From Eledone cirrhosa (Eukaryota), in assembly GCA_964016885.1 (NCBI GenBank), contig OZ024744.1, forward strand, positions 42,842,001 to 42,906,000: DNA of 64,000 bases. Reading direction: 5' to 3'. Positions 63,801 to 64,000 of this stretch are shown piece after piece. A program made the translations under genes and the position numbers. The first letter of the stretch is position 1. The number at the start of each line of letters is the position of its first letter. The notes under the pieces are model-generated. The model saw only the letters and a list, made by a program, of their open reading frames with translations, searched no databases and had not been told where the DNA came from.

Positions 63801-64000
63801 TAGCAGTTCATTTAGCTTTTTCCTTATTTTCATAAAAGATAATAACAGCAGAAATTTCAGAGGTATTTTAATAAATCCAATATATATATTATTGAAAGAA
63901 TATGTATTTAATATTTTTATTCACACCACATTAAGTAAATTTACTGCTTATTGGTGGTAAGTTATTTTAATTTAGACAGTCTACTGGATTTTCGGGTAAA

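Noticed and set aside
63961-64000. Possible next exon (tttag|acagtc...)
   Set aside because: At the window edge; in-frame TAA unless it is a 20-nt microexon; not supportable.

Overview
AT-rich eukaryotic genomic DNA made almost entirely of nested transposable elements and simple repeats. The SINE and RTE families look like those of octopod cephalopods (recognised from memory, not searched). It contains many decayed RTE LINE copies with (GAT)n tails and a PHD-like finger inside the RT, a truncated Ty3/Gypsy, two R4/Dong-like fragments, and CRE-like, CR1/Jockey-like, Penelope-like (with hammerhead motifs), pogo and Helitron-like remnants, plus tRNA-derived SINEs. It also holds an ~11.2-kb satellite with a ~40-bp unit (47655-58872) and one candidate host exon (59510-59720). 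The most notable structure is a composite at 25848-33316: TTAA, left end of a piggyBac-like MITE, 8 x 72-bp array, a near-intact 5.6-kb Tx1/L1-clade retrotransposon with no poly(A), ~15.7 x 72-bp array, MITE right end, TTAA. Uninterrupted copies of the same ~210-bp MITE nearby carry the 72-bp sequence only once, and the retroelement 5' junction falls on the array unit boundary. This suggests a MITE-targeting retrotransposon linked to amplification of its own target site.
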